This document shows positions 1 to 13,109 of a DNA stretch of 39,542 nt, one piece after another. How positions within the stretch are numbered: the stretch's first letter is position 1; every line of letters begins with the position of its first letter. This DNA is from Rozella allomycis CSF55. Lineage: Eukaryota. The stretch covers positions 1 through 39,542 of the forward strand of contig KE561185.1 of the NCBI GenBank assembly GCA_000442015.1. The letters are read 5' to 3'. Made by a program: the position numbers and the translations under genes. Under the pieces are notes generated by a model. The model made no database searches and had not been told where the DNA came from. It saw only the letters and a program-made list of their open reading frames with translations.

Positions 1-318
1 TAGGATAAAATGACATTCTGCCGCGTCGACGCACATGAACGTAAAAGATTATTGTTAAGGAAGTTTGAAGTCAACGTTCACTTTCTTTCATTCACAATAC
101 GCTGTTAAGCCATAAATTCGCGACTCCGGTAAACAAGCAAAAAATGCATTTTAAACACATTTTACAACAACTACTAAAATCATATATTGTCCTACATAAT
201 ACTCGTTGGCCAAAATTATTTTTAAACGAGGTGAAATCGCCAAGCCCTTATTAAGAACATAATTCCATCCAATGAAGTTCAAACTTGCGAATCGAAATTT
301 ACAAGTACCCCTGCTATA

Positions 319-1205
319 ATGTCCTCTATTGGTACAGGTGTAAAAGCAATTAGTTTACTTGAGTAGTATGATCTTTCAGCCACTACATTTTCTCCCGACG
401 GACGTATCTTTCAAAATGAATATGCCCTAAAGGCAGTTGACAATAGTGGGTAAAGCAAATACGCCTTGGTAATGCAGAACAGTTATCGGAATAAAATGCA
501 AAGATGGCATAGTGTTAGGGGTTGAAAAACTAATCCACTCAAAACTACTTGTTAGTGGTTCAAATAGAAGAATTGGCACAGCAGATTATCACATTGGAAT
601 AGTAATAAGACCTAACATAATAGAAAGGCATGTTCAGGATTGCTAGCGGATGGGCGTCATATCATTAACAGGGCCACAGATGAAGCAGCCAACTATCGCA
701 ATACTTATAGAGATGCGATCACAGGAAACCATTTGGCAGACAGGCTTTCCTTATACATTCAAGCCCATACTTTGTATTCAAGTGTAAGACCGTTTGGAGC
801 TTCAGCTATAATTGGTGTTTACAGCAAGAACGGACCACAGCTCTTCATGATTGAACCATCGGGTCTTTGCTGGGTACAAAATTCAGTTTTAATTAAAAAG
901 GGGTATAGGGGATGTGTAATAGGCAAAGGGAAACAAAATGCAAAAACTATGATCGAAAAGATAGATTTTGAAAATATAACCGCAAGGGAAGCCGCTAAAG
1001 AGGTGGCGAAAATGTAAGTAGGTCATTCGTCTATTAAAACAGAATCTATGCAGTGCACGACGAGGCCAAAGATAAAGATTTCGAGTTAGAATTAAGCTGG
1101 ATATGTGATGAATCTAAGAAGCGTCACACATTCGTCCCAAAAGACATTTATGACGAATGTGTCAAGTATGCAAAAGATTCTCTAAATGCTGAAATGGAAG
1201 ACTAA
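319..1205 (+). CDS. PRE10: 20S proteasome subunit alpha type-7/PSMA3 (multi-exon)
   Basis: Spliced translation [27 protein letters not shown]... and [13 protein letters not shown] motifs; several micro-introns, the first at 340-366 (27 nt). Confidence 0.95.
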
Positions 1206-1255
1206 AATAAACTATTTCTTCTATTCGTTCTTTTAACTTTAAGTTTCTGCTTTCA

Positions 1256-4050
1256 ATGTTTATTTTTATGCCAGTTAAACAAAAACAAGCTGACAAAAGA
1301 AAATCTTTTCCAACGCCATCGGATGCCTTTGGGCTTTTAAGCAATGATATTCCTGAGGCAGAAATCGATACTGTCGATGTATTAAGAAAAGCTAATCCTC
1401 AGCTAGATTCTAAACAAATCAGCCTGATAGATTTAAAAATGGGCTCATATGATCGTAAATATTCTTTTTATATATTATAGCTCGTAAAACAACTGTTAAC
1501 ACCAATGATTTACGCAGGATACGGTCTAAAGATGATTTTAAAAATATTGGAGAATTGTCACAATTTATACCGGACACTCTGGCAGAAGAAAGACCAATGC
1601 TCGGTTCAAATATGAGTTTAACAAACATACTTTTGGGAGGTGATAGGGATTCAGAAGACTCAAATCCTACAAGCTTAGAAAGTATTAAATCAGGTATAGA
1701 CTTGACAAACTCAACTGCTGCCAAAGGCACTACAAGCCAATCAAGTAGCCGCACCGGGAGTCAAGTATCATTGTTACCGACGAATAAAGTGAGACGAAGA
1801 ACGTTTGCGATGATCAACGAACAACAAAAAGGTACTCAAGGGCTATCAGTGATCAATCGAATATCCATTGACGAATTAAAGACTGTGAGGCAGCAAATAA
1901 CGATGCCTGCTGAAGTTCTTTCACTTGAAAAGGCGCCAGAACATGATTCATCACGAAATGAATTCATGGAACTTTGTGACGAGATAATCAGTGCCTACGG
2001 CTTATTTCAAAATACTTTAATTGAAATAATGAAATGGAAAGATCAGTTTTTTAAAGTCCAAGTGCCACCGACGACTAAAGTCAATTTTGCGTTAATTTGT
2101 TCACGATTATTTAGAAGGTAAAAAAATTAACGCGCGATTGTCAGTAAGTCAGAGATACAGCTACCGCTTTTTGAGTTGATCAAGCAGGTCATGATGTTTT
2201 CACAATCTTGGCACGAGAAAAGATTCGCTATAACTAGACTTGAATCTGATTATCACAAGTAATGATGTTTTTTTTTGGCTGAAAAGGCTCCTCACTTCGT
2301 TGGATATCGCCATACGCAAATTGGAGTTAATGAAAACAGAGGTATAATCAATATTTGTTATATGATAGAAAGATAAACTGAAATCGTCAAGAGCTGAAAT
2401 TCGCTGGGGAGAACTTACCAGGAAACTCTTAGTAATTATCTTCCTTGGAACAAAACAGGTTAGGCATCATCAAAATAAAATGGCTAAGTGGATGCTCTTA
2501 ATATACACTGAATCTAAAGAATATGATAGACTCAGAAATCCTGAAGAAAAGGACAAAACATTTAATCTTGGAGGGGATTCCGAAACTAGCATGCATGACA
2601 TAGATATAGAAAGAATAAACAAACTAGTGGATTCCAATGCATCGTCTTTGAATTCTCTTGTTGCAGAACCAGCAAAACCAAAGGCTAGGATTTCTTTGAC
2701 GCAATATAAACTTGACAAGGCGAAATTGGATAGCTTAGAAAAAATTGCTAATGAGAAGAAGTTAAATATATCAAGCCTTGTGAAACCGAAACGAAAGACT
2801 TTATATGTGTCTGAAACCAGTACCAGGTTTCATATTCCTGACACCAACGCTTTGTTTTCTTCGGCTGATGTTAAAGCTATGAAGAAATCATATTCTATGA
2901 TATTATCGTCAAAGCTATTGCATAATGACGCTACACAACTCCCTCATAGATCTATGGTCTCTTCGAATTCATATAACGCTTGTTTAACGTTAAATAACGC
3001 AGATTGGATAAAACCTTTTGACAAATATGATATCGACGATGAGCAAGAAATTTTTCTTATTAACACTGACACATATCCAGAAATGCCGGAAGAAAAAGAA
3101 GAAAGACGGGACATGAGAAATATTTCTGACATGCCTGATGGAATGTTGTAAGAAATTAAGCATTAATAGAAAGGTTTGAGGAGATCGTGAAGAGTGCTAA
3201 TGATAGCCTATTAGAAACATTGGATGCAGAAAAGACTTGGTTCTCTTTGCAAGATGTCATTGAATTGACTTTGCTTCATTCACAACAGATGCAATTACTT
3301 CAAGATAAACATCGGTAAGTGCTAGACCAACTTTGAATAGGGATGCAGTGGAAAAAATGAACCAAGCTATTGAAGAACTAGAAGATCGTAACGAGCAACT
3401 TGAATTTGAGAACAATGGCCTATATGAAGAATTAAATAAAAGAGATGAGCAGCTGTCAGAGTTGCAGCAACAAATTGATACAGTGAAAGTTAAAGAAAAT
3501 GTAGTGATGATTGGAGGTGTACACAACGGTTCTCGTCGCTTGGAATTGTATAATAAAATGATACAAACTGACGATATTGGGCTGAAATTTTCAAAGTCGT
3601 TTAAAAAGTCGCCAAAACATAAGGATCGACTTGTTAATAGGGTAATCGAGTGGTTCTATAATACATAGAGTGCATCTCCCCAAAAGATGACCCAAAATAA
3701 CTTTGAAAGATCAGTAAATCATTATACATGTAACAAAAGTTTTTATCACGCCTGGAAAAATTTACAAAGGAAAAGTTGGAGAAGAGGAAACTTCTTATTC
3801 AAAAGGTAACAATTCATGAGACACAGAAACTTGAACCCTTCTTGAGTTACTTTAAAGAACAAAATGCTGATCCCAGAAATGAGATTTTAAAAGCGGAATT
3901 TATGCCGCTACCTCCACAGTCACCAACCAAAGAAAAACCATTATCTAAAAGTAGGCAGATAAATGTTTGAATATAGGAATATATGAATCCGTGAAACGAT
4001 CAAGATCAAGAGCCTCTTCAAATGTTTTTCTCAAAGTTGGAGACAAATAA
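1256..4050 (+). CDS. uncharacterised multi-exon protein with C-terminal coiled coil
   Basis: Same-strand ORF pieces 1256-1480, 1555-2121, 2480-3151, 3333-3668 and 3776-3970 can be joined by short GT..AG introns; no recognised domain; may be more than one gene. Confidence 0.5.
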
Positions 4051-4313
4051 AATGCATCAATTTTGTACAAGGTATTTTCTTTTTAATTTTTATGAATGAT
4101 TGACTATTCGCATTCAAATCTTTGAATAGGATACGCGTGTACATAGTTATTTCCATGACCCCAAGACTCCGAAGAGTTTACGCACAGGAATTAATCACTG
4201 TAATGCTTATTGTAATTATTTTGCTGCTTTTCTTATTTTGGACTCATGATAATTTTCAAACGATTGATTCTTCCATTGTTTTACGTGTTAGAATTTTGGC
4301 GCCAAAATTGAGA

Positions 4314-5747
4314 AATGTCATGTTTGGTTGAACACTTGGAACAAATACACTCTTCCTACGAAAACATCCAACTGCAATATGAAAAAACGTACAAACAAAT
4401 TAAAATATAAATTAGCAAATCAGAATGTGAAATATTGAAATCTGAAATAAATACTTTGCGTGACGACAGGAATAAATGCATAGAGGAGAATAATGTGTTA
4501 AAATCTGAGCTCGATGAAAAGAATAGTGAGCTGTAATACATTTTTGCTTTTATCAAAGGTCCGAGCTGATAGAGGAGAGAGAGAAAAGCAGAGAACTGTA
4601 TTTCGTTGAACTTGAAGAATTGGAAAGAGATTTTAAAAAGAGACTTAGAGAACTATATAATCAAATTGAAGGATGTAGACATGACAGCGATATGAAAGAA
4701 AAGGAGATTAGAACGTTATCAAAAATAATAGAGTACAATATAGTCTTTTAATAAATAGGTAGAGAATTTTCAAAGAAATTGGATACTGAGATGAAACAAT
4801 CGACTGAATTAACCTTTGAATTACAGAAAATCAAAAGTGAGAATGGCAAACTTGAACTAGAAAATAACAACCTCAAGAGGGAGAATGAAACTTTGAAAAA
4901 GGTAAAGAAATGAAATTCATTGTAAAGGCTGTATCTGAACTTGAATCTTCGAGTCGAATGATAAGAGACAAGGTTGGATCAGAAATGAGAAAGGTACTTG
5001 AAGAAAAGGAAAAGGAGATTCTAAAACAACAACAATTAATCAATAATTTGGTAAAGTGAACTTTAATGTCTAATTTGAGACGAATGAAAATGAAAAGATA
5101 GAAAATGATATGAATGAAATTAGCGAATATCTAAAACTTCTTGAAAAAGACCATGCAGCGTTGGAGGCGGAGGGTACAGAAAGTAAAATGATAATATACA
5201 TAACAAAGACGAATTAAATTTTAGAGAACAAATTCACACACTTAAAAGTCAACTCAAAGAAATGAAATCTAATTGTGAAAAATTGATAGAGGAGAATGAA
5301 ATTTTAAGAAATGAAAAGAGCAAAACATCTCCGACGTTTGATGAACACGATAATATTTTAAATTCAATAGAAAATTTAATGCAAAACGTTCCTGTGCAAA
5401 ATCAGTCAATAGAAAATCACAAAGTTATTGAAAACGCCAATACAAATGATCAACAAAATTGGAAACAAAAATACTTTCTGCTCCAAAAACGATGGGAAAA
5501 CTTATGCCAAGATTTCAAGATTCTCCAAAAAGAGCGCGACAATCTCCTTCAATTGAGCAACAGTAAAAACAAAAAGAATCAGAAATTAATTTCAAGCGCT
5601 TTCACTCAAACAGAGTTAGAGAATTTAGAATTCCCAAAGCAATTCAAGCATCAATCAAGCAAAATGACTCAAAGTCAATTAAAAGCATTCGAGAAACTAA
5701 AAAAGAAGGAAATTAAAGTTAGAAATTGGAACTTTAGAGAGGATTGA
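4314..5747 (+). CDS. long coiled-coil protein, possibly centriolar (CCDC57-like C-terminus)
   Basis: E/K/L heptad-rich exons separated by micro-introns; ends KIKVRNWNFRED-like (KEIKVRNWNFRED); start uncertain. Confidence 0.5.
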
Positions 5748-5806
5748 CTATGACAGAATAATTCAATATTTTGAGAAATAAATTGAATTTCATTTTTATT
5801 ACAAAT

Positions 5807-7469
5807 TTAGATTTCATAGCCAACTGTGGGAAATTTTGATGCGAAATCTACAACTTCCATTTCTAGTTGAGATATTTCTTTGATGTTTTCCGTTTGTAAA
5901 ATTTTATTAAACTCTTTCAATTTATTTGAAGCTGTTAAATTTTCATTAATAGATTACTTGGATATCTGTTAGCAATCATTTGTGCTATTTGAATTCCCCT
6001 GTCGACAAAATCGGCAACCATTTTGAAATCATTTGATTTAAATCCTCTTGTAGTCATCGCAGGAGTTCCTTTCAAAGGGCTTTAACGAGAATTACCCATT
6101 CTTAACCCTCTTGGAAGCAAAGCACTAACATCCCCGGGCACAGTGTTTTTGTTGGTTGCGATTTTAGCCAATTCCAACACTCTTTCTACACGTGCTCCAT
6201 CAATATTCTATAATTAATTTTAATTCCTTCTACTTTGTTTGTCAAGTCAAGCAACAATAAATGCGTGTCAGTTCCATCCGACACTATTTTATATCCCTTT
6301 TCTTTGAGCCTATTTGACAAAATTAACGCATTCTCTATAACTTGCTCTTGGTATTCTCTAAATTCATTTGATTGAGCTTGTTTCAACGCTACAGCCAATG
6401 CAGCAATTGTATGATTATGGGGACCAAAATTACGAATAAAATGCTGCATTACCACCTTGATGACCAGGAAAGACAGAAAAGTTTATTTTATCTTCCAAAT
6501 CGTACCTCAAAACTAGAAAAAAATTCTGAATTTAGCGCTTACCATTGCCCTTTTTGTCCTTCCCCTTTTCTCCTCTGCGGAAGAATATCATTGCACCTCT
6601 TGGTCCCCTGAGGGATTTGTGCGTCGTGGTAGTCACAACATCAGAGTACTCGAATGGACTAGGAATAACACCTGCAGCAATCATTCCTGATAAATGCGCA
6701 ATGTCAGCCATCAAATATGCATTACACCTTGCAGCAATCTATTCATTTAAAATCATCTAGCTAACCTTTGACATTCGTTCATAATCTATCAATCTGGAAT
6801 ACGCACTGGCACCAGCGATAATGATTTTCGGGCGAAATCTAGTTGCCAAAAGCTCCAGTTCATCATAATTAATTAGACCATTTTTTTCATCCAATCTGTA
6901 CGGCATGGTTTCAAAATACGTCGAGACCATTGATATTTTCTTATTTTCTGTCTGATAACCATGAGACAAGCTATGACAATCTTATGAATTTGTTACTGTC
7001 CACCATGAGGAAGATCAAGTCCCATCAACCTATCATGCGGCTTCATCAACGCGGAATATACATAAAAGTTTGCTGGAGCGCCAGAAAGAGACTGTACATT
7101 CACACCCCATTTCTCTGGATCCAAACCAAATGTTTCCAATGCTCGCTTTTGACATAATCTTTCAGCCATATCGATGTATTCATTCCCACCATAATATCTT
7201 TTCTTTAACATCAAAGTTATTTACCTAGTCCCCGGATAGCCTTCAGAATACTTGTTTTGCATTGGTGATCCCAGAGCTTCCATCACTGCTTTACTTGTAT
7301 AGTTCTATTTCATTTTTTAGAGATCAATTACTTCTGAGGGGATTAAATTAATTGATATTTGCTGTCTTTTCTTTTCATTTTCAATTATACTATATATTTC
7401 AGGGTCTATTGACTGTAGCTTTAAATTTAAATTTGTTATATTTGTAGAAAATAGTCGCTTGATTAGCAT
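5807..7469 (-). CDS. SHM1: serine hydroxymethyltransferase, probably mitochondrial
   Basis: [46 protein letters not shown] (PLP lysine); N-terminus MLIKRLFST resembles a presequence; many micro-introns. Confidence 0.95.
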
Positions 7470-7713
7470 TTTGTTGATTCCGACTAAGATTTACAATGCA
7501 CAGCCTCTCATTCGACTGGGTTTTAGTTAATTGAATTTATGAATGGAAATTGAATCATTTAAACTTTTAAGACTTAAGTATTATGAAGGTCACTTGTCAT
7601 TTCCAAAAGTCTTCCACCAATGAATTTTCCCACAACGGTAATTGTTAAGCGGATGCCCGGATAAGGAAACGTTTTAAATATCGAAAATGAAAAATCATTT
7701 TTTATTAAATTAT

Positions 7714-8454
7714 TTATTTTTTCAAATTCTTTTCCTTTCTTTCAAGTGCCTCCTTTTCGAATTGCTCGACAATCTTCTTCTTCATTTGATCATCTGTCAT
7801 CCCCTTAAGGTGATTGAAACAAAATTAAATTACTTTGACATTCCTGCTTTCCACGGAAACAACTTTAGGAACCAGTACAAACGTAATAGAACGGCCATCG
7901 CACATGGGGCCAACGTACAAATTAGAAACATCTTTTAATTCTTCAATTACTTTATAGTACATTGCTAAAATGGCGCTCATATCAAATCGCATCAACCCTT
8001 TCCTCGTAATTAAGATCCTAACTCTGTGATTCTTTTCAAGAAAATTCATGATCCTCTTTATCCGTACCTTGTAATCATTTTCTTGAATGCTAGATCCAAA
8101 AACAATTTCTTTTTCATATTTTCTATTTTTTGTCGCTGCAATCTCTTCTTTGTCGTTTGTTGGTCTCCACTTTAATTTGGGTTCCTCCTCCTTTCTCGCC
8201 ATTATCCTCGCAATCGGCGGATTAATTTTTCCATTAACGAGAACCAAGTCTTGTGTTTCTTTTTGTACTTTGGCCAAAGCATCAGCGATTGGATGCAAGC
8301 CCAAGTTGATTCCTGCGGCGTCCATCAATAAAACATTCGGAGCAGTAATAGCTTCGTTCTTTAATAATTCTGCTTTGCCCGCAGAATATAGCAGTCTTTG
8401 AATGAATGGAGTGCTTTGATATAAAACAGACTGTAACCGTAAACTTAGAAACAT
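7714..8454 (-). CDS. mitochondrial translation initiation factor IF-3
   Basis: IF3 N-domain (NE.I.A..V.L.D..G..LG; DLVLV...NPPIARIM) and C-domain (KEI.F.S.I...D; FLEK.HRV); presequence-like N-terminus; one 3' intron. Confidence 0.8.
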
Positions 8455-8488
8455 TCAATTGCCAGGGTCGTATCCGTAAACAGAAATC

Positions 8489-9152
8489 ATGGGGTACACA
8501 GAACGCGCAGAACTAGATCCAGCGAGACGATTGGAGCAGCTTAGAGAGCTGTATGAATATAGAGCTAATAATGCAGATGCCTTGTTTGGTGATCCTAGTG
8601 AGTAATAGAGATTGATTTGGAAATTTCAGATCAAGAAATCAGGAAAAGAATCGAAACTGGCTTTTAGAAGACGAATCGCGATATTGTAACTGATGAGTCT
8701 CTATAAATATAGACGAAGGATATTTTACAGTCACAAATGTACTGTATTTGAAACGCCAACTGAATATTGACAAATTTTACAAGGATTTCTTTGAAGACAG
8801 TCCAACTTTGGAGATTGATGAAAATCCTAAATATCCTGTAAAGTAAATGCATGAAGTAATATTTAAAGAGTGTCTATACCGACACAATTAATGATTAAAA
8901 CGAGAAACTTTGACATTGATCCAAAAGCAGTTCCAACATCTAAAACATATGATCCGCGCAATTCTCTGGATATAATCAAGGTATTAAGATCTATTCTCAT
9001 TTCCATAGCATTGTCATCGAGGGTATCTTCCTCATTTTGAAGAAGCGTTCCCTAAAAGTAATTTAATTCTTAGTAAATACCCAGAATCTCGCCGCCAAAC
9101 ACGTCGTGCAACCATAAAGGCGTATGAAAAAGTGTCACTCCTAGATCTATAA
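8489..9152 (+). CDS. small uncharacterised protein, 6 exons (absent from the ORF track)
   Basis: ATG 8489 (MGYTERAELDPARRLEQLRELYEYR...) stays open to TAA 9150-9152 after removing five GT-AG micro-introns. Confidence 0.6.
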
Positions 9153-9296
9153 TTACCCTCATTAAATCCTTAATAAACTCCAGATTCACATATCATACAT
9201 GCACATTAGCCTCCACCTTTTGCATTTAAATTGTGTTTCCATTTTAAATTCTGTAATTAATTTTGAGAACTGCCAACACACAACCCTTGTTTTACA

Positions 9297-12200
9297 ATGC
9301 AGCCACAACGCCCGAACCGACCACCGATGCCTCCACCAGCGGGGTATACTTCTGGTGGCTCTTTTGAAAATAGTGGCAACCGACCTGTGATGCGACCAGG
9401 CAGTGGCCGACCAGCTGGGACGCCGATGACGCCTGGACAGTATGCACGGCCCCCACCGATGCAGGCAGTTGCGAATAATATGCTAAATTTAAATAATATG
9501 CAAGGAGGAGTGAGCAGTGTGCAAGGAGGAGGAGTGAATAGTGTGCCGAATATGATGCAGGGAAGTATGAACAGACAAGGATCGATGAATAGTTTGCCGA
9601 ATGCGGGGAATGTGGGAAATGGATATGGGAATGTAGCTGGGAATAGAATGTCGCAGGGAAGCATGGTGAATCCAAATGTAGGAAATGTAGGAAATGTAGT
9701 TGGGAATAGAATGTCGCAGGGAAGTATGATGAGTCCAAATGCAGCTAATGTGCCTGGAAACAGAATGTCAGGCACGTACTCACCATCTGTAATGCAACCG
9801 CTGCCACCGCCCGTGCCCGGAGTTCCAACTTATGCGGTGCCACCCAGTATGCCGAGACCGATGATGCCTGTGCATGGTGTGATGACTGAAGGGCAGTCGA
9901 ATGCAGCGTCGCCTGTGGTTCCCGAGATGAATATTGAGAGTGCTAGACAGACGCCTTTCCAAGCGCCGTCGCCAATGACTGCTGGTAAGAGAAGAGTGTT
10001 GCAGGCGGGATATACGACGCCGGAGGGTCAGAGTAGAGCTGAGAGTCCGATGGTGGGTAGTGGGTACCAGCCGATGCAGAGCAGTGGATTGCGGCCGATG
10101 GCTAGTCCTGTGGTGAAGAATGATGTTGTTGGGCAGATGGCTGGACAGTTTGGGCAGATGGGAATACAATCGGTAAGTGTGTAGAGTTTGGATGAGTAGA
10201 TGCCGAATGTTAATTTTAATGGACAAGCAGAGGTGTATGATTTGCAGGAGAGGCTGGTTGTTCCTAGTGTGCCGCATGTAAGGGATGCATGTTTGTGATG
10301 ATAGATTAATGTGAATTTTGGGATACCACCGCCAGTGGAGTGTGGAAGGGAGTATATGAGGCCAACGTTGAATAAGTTTCCGACGAGTCAGTCGTTGTTG
10401 AGCAAGAGTAGATTGATAGCTGGGGTGTGTGTGAATCCATTTCCTAGTAGGAGGGGAGAGATTCCAGTTGTTTCTGGGGTGATTGTTAGATGTAGAAGGT
10501 GTAGAACTTATATTAATCCGTATGTGACGTTTATGGACCAGGGCACGAGATGGAAGTGTAATTTGTGTGAGATGGTGAATGATATGCCAGGAAACTATGA
10601 TTATGATAGTTTGACGCAGGGGTATGTGAATAGAAGTGAGAGAAGAGAGTTGTTTCATTCTGTAGTAGAGTTTGTAGCGCCGACCGAGTATATGACGCGC
10701 CCACCGCAGCCATTGGCGATAATATTTCTGATTGATGTTAGTTTCCCATCGTTGCAGGGTGGGGTGTTGAAGGTTGTAGCTGGGAGTATAAAGGAGACGA
10801 TAGAGAAGATACCTAATGAGAATGGACGATTGAGAGTTGGGATAATGACGTTTGATGATTGTATTCATTATTACAATTTGAATTCAAATTTGATGGATGT
10901 TGAAATGTTTGTAGTGTCAGATTTGGAAGAGACGTTTATTCCAATCCCGGATGATTTGCTGGTTAATTTAAGTGAGAGTGAAAAGATTATAGAAAGTTTG
11001 TTGGAGAAGATTGAGAGATTGTTTAAAGGAAAGAACTCTGGAGGGAATGTGTTGGGGCCAGCGCTAAAGTCTGCCGTTAGTTTGTTGTCACCTATTGGCG
11101 GGAAGATTGTAGTTGTTCAAAGTGGATTGCCTAATAAAGGGGAAGGAGTGTTGAAGAATAGAGAAGATGTGAAATTGATGGGAACCAATAAAGAGTCAAC
11201 GTTGTTTCAGCCCAGTAGTAATTTTTATAAGAATTTGGCTATCGAATGTTCTAAATCGCATATTTCAGTTGACATGTTTGTAGTTTCTAATCAATACAAT
11301 GATTTAGCAACGTTGAATGGACTTGTTACATTTACAGGGGGAAATCTTTATTATTATCCAACATTCAATGGGGGTAATTTGGAAGAAATAAAACATTTAT
11401 CTTTTGATTTCTCATCGAGTATTTCTAGATATATTGGATTAGAAGCAGTTTTCAGAGTTAGAGCATCAAAAGGTAATCACAGGAGTTAACATTGAATAGG
11501 AATAACATCGATTGGATATTTTGGAAATCATTTTATGAGATCTTCAGATTTGATTTCATTGCCCACAGTGTCACCCGATAATTGTCAATGTGTGCAATTC
11601 TCATTAGAAGAGACAATTACAACGCCATACATTTCTATTCAAACAGCGCTTTTGTATACAACGATTGAAGGCGAAAGAAGAATTAGAGTTTTTACTTTGT
11701 GTTTACCCACAACTTCAAATTTAAATGAACTTTATTCGAACGTTGATGAACAATCCATGTTTACTCTTTTATCTAAAATGGCTATTGAAAGAATTCTAAC
11801 TCACAAATTAGAAGATTCAAGAGAAGCTTTAATAAACAAATCTATAGAACTATTCAGCTCTTTTCAAAATGGCAAACCAAACATGACGCTGCCTCTAAAC
11901 TTGAAACATTTTCCACTTTTAATTCTTTCTTTATTAAAATCTATTCCTTTTAGATTTGGAAATGGCGTTATTATTCCTTCTGATCTAAGAGTCTTTCTCA
12001 CGTCAATCTTGAAAAATTTATACATTGATCAATCTATTCTATTCATACATCCAGATCTCTATCCTCTTCATCTCTTATCTGAAAATGTAATCTAGCTCCT
12101 TTCTCTTAATTCTAGGCTGGTCTAGAACTTTCTGATGGTTCTATTCAACTGCCACAAAGAATCAACCTCTCAAGCGAACATTTAGAACAGCACGGTCTAT

Positions 12201-12573
12201 TCCTACTAAACAACGGTCTTGAATTATTTCTATTCATCGGTCGTCTAGTCTCTCCTGATTTGTGTTTAAACGTCTTTGACCGTCCAAGCTTTGAAACTAT
12301 TCAATCTGGCAAGGTACCATTCTTCACCCATGTTCATTCTAGTCGTTTCTGCCTGAATTAAAAAATCCGCTCTCTATTCGAATTGCAAAAATCATCAAAC
12401 AGCTAAAAGCAAATTCAAATACTTTTCTGCCGCTTATCATTGTCAAGGATGATGGGCAGGATAAAAATAGATTCAAGTTCTTTTCTCATCTCATTGAAGA
12501 TAGAGGCACTGATGGATCACATTCCTATTCTCAATGGATTGCTTATCTAAGAGACAAACTAATTTCTAAATAA
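9297..12573 (+). CDS. SEC24: COPII coat subunit Sec24
   Basis: Pro/Gly/Met/Asn-rich N-terminus; zinc finger RCRRCRTYINP...WKCNLC; trunk FLIDVS; GLEAVFRVRAS; QTALLYT..GERRIRV; gelsolin-like tail LIEDR. Confidence 0.95.
9600..9775 (+). repeat. internal coding repeat in the Sec24 N-terminus (GNVxGNRMSQGSM, about 3 copies)
   Basis: gggaatagaatgtcgcagggaag occurs twice exactly, plus a degenerate third copy and ggaaatgta units. Confidence 0.7.
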
Positions 12574-12760
12574 ATCTTTTGCTTATTTGAATTTAAGGTT
12601 ATTTTTTGAATTATTAGAATCAAATTTGTTACTTTGAATTAAATATCTTATTTAAATCTCTAATCTCTATTTCCAAACCATTTCAATTATCTTAATAATT
12701 CCATTTTTGGATTTTCACACTCCAACCCCGCCACATTTTTTCTTCTCAACTTTCACTGCA

Positions 12761-12949
12761 ATGAACATCGCCTTGTTATTGACCTTTGCTTCTCTCGCTT
12801 TGGTTTCTGCTAGTCCAACCCCTCAAAATACGCCTCCATCTGTTCCACAAACAGCAAGCACTTTTGGTATCATCGGTGGTATTGTCGGCGGTGTCTCGGG
12901 AATCTCTTGCATGGCTATCGGTGGTTACAAGTACTATCGCTCGCTATAA
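12761..12949 (+). CDS. 62-aa signal-peptide protein with Gly-rich hydrophobic C-terminal helix
   Basis: MNIALLLTFASLALVSA-SPTP signal, P/T linker, FGIIGGIVGGVSGISCMAIGGY then KYYR; C-ending codon bias; AATAAA right after the stop. Confidence 0.65.
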   Translation: MNIALLLTFASLALVSASPTPQNTPPSVPQTASTFGIIGGIVGGVSGISCMAIGGYKYYRSL

Positions 12950-13109
12950 TAAAATAAACATTTTTCATTGTACACTATAAAGTGTTTTGTGTTTGACAAA
13001 ATAGTAGATTAATAAGAATCTTATAGTCGAAATACTACCAGGCTACATATCGGATGAAACTTTAAAGATAATTTATTAAACTAAAAACATGTATGACCCG
13101 CCTTCATCA

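Noticed and set aside
640..8454. Premature stops in ORF-track fragments suggesting an alternative genetic code or read-through
   Set aside because: The cases checked are resolved by GT-AG micro-introns under the standard code
9257..10868. Long antisense ORFs (172, 148 and 362 aa) opposite Sec24
   Set aside because: Shadow frames produced by the G-rich, low-complexity Sec24 coding strand; no protein-like features
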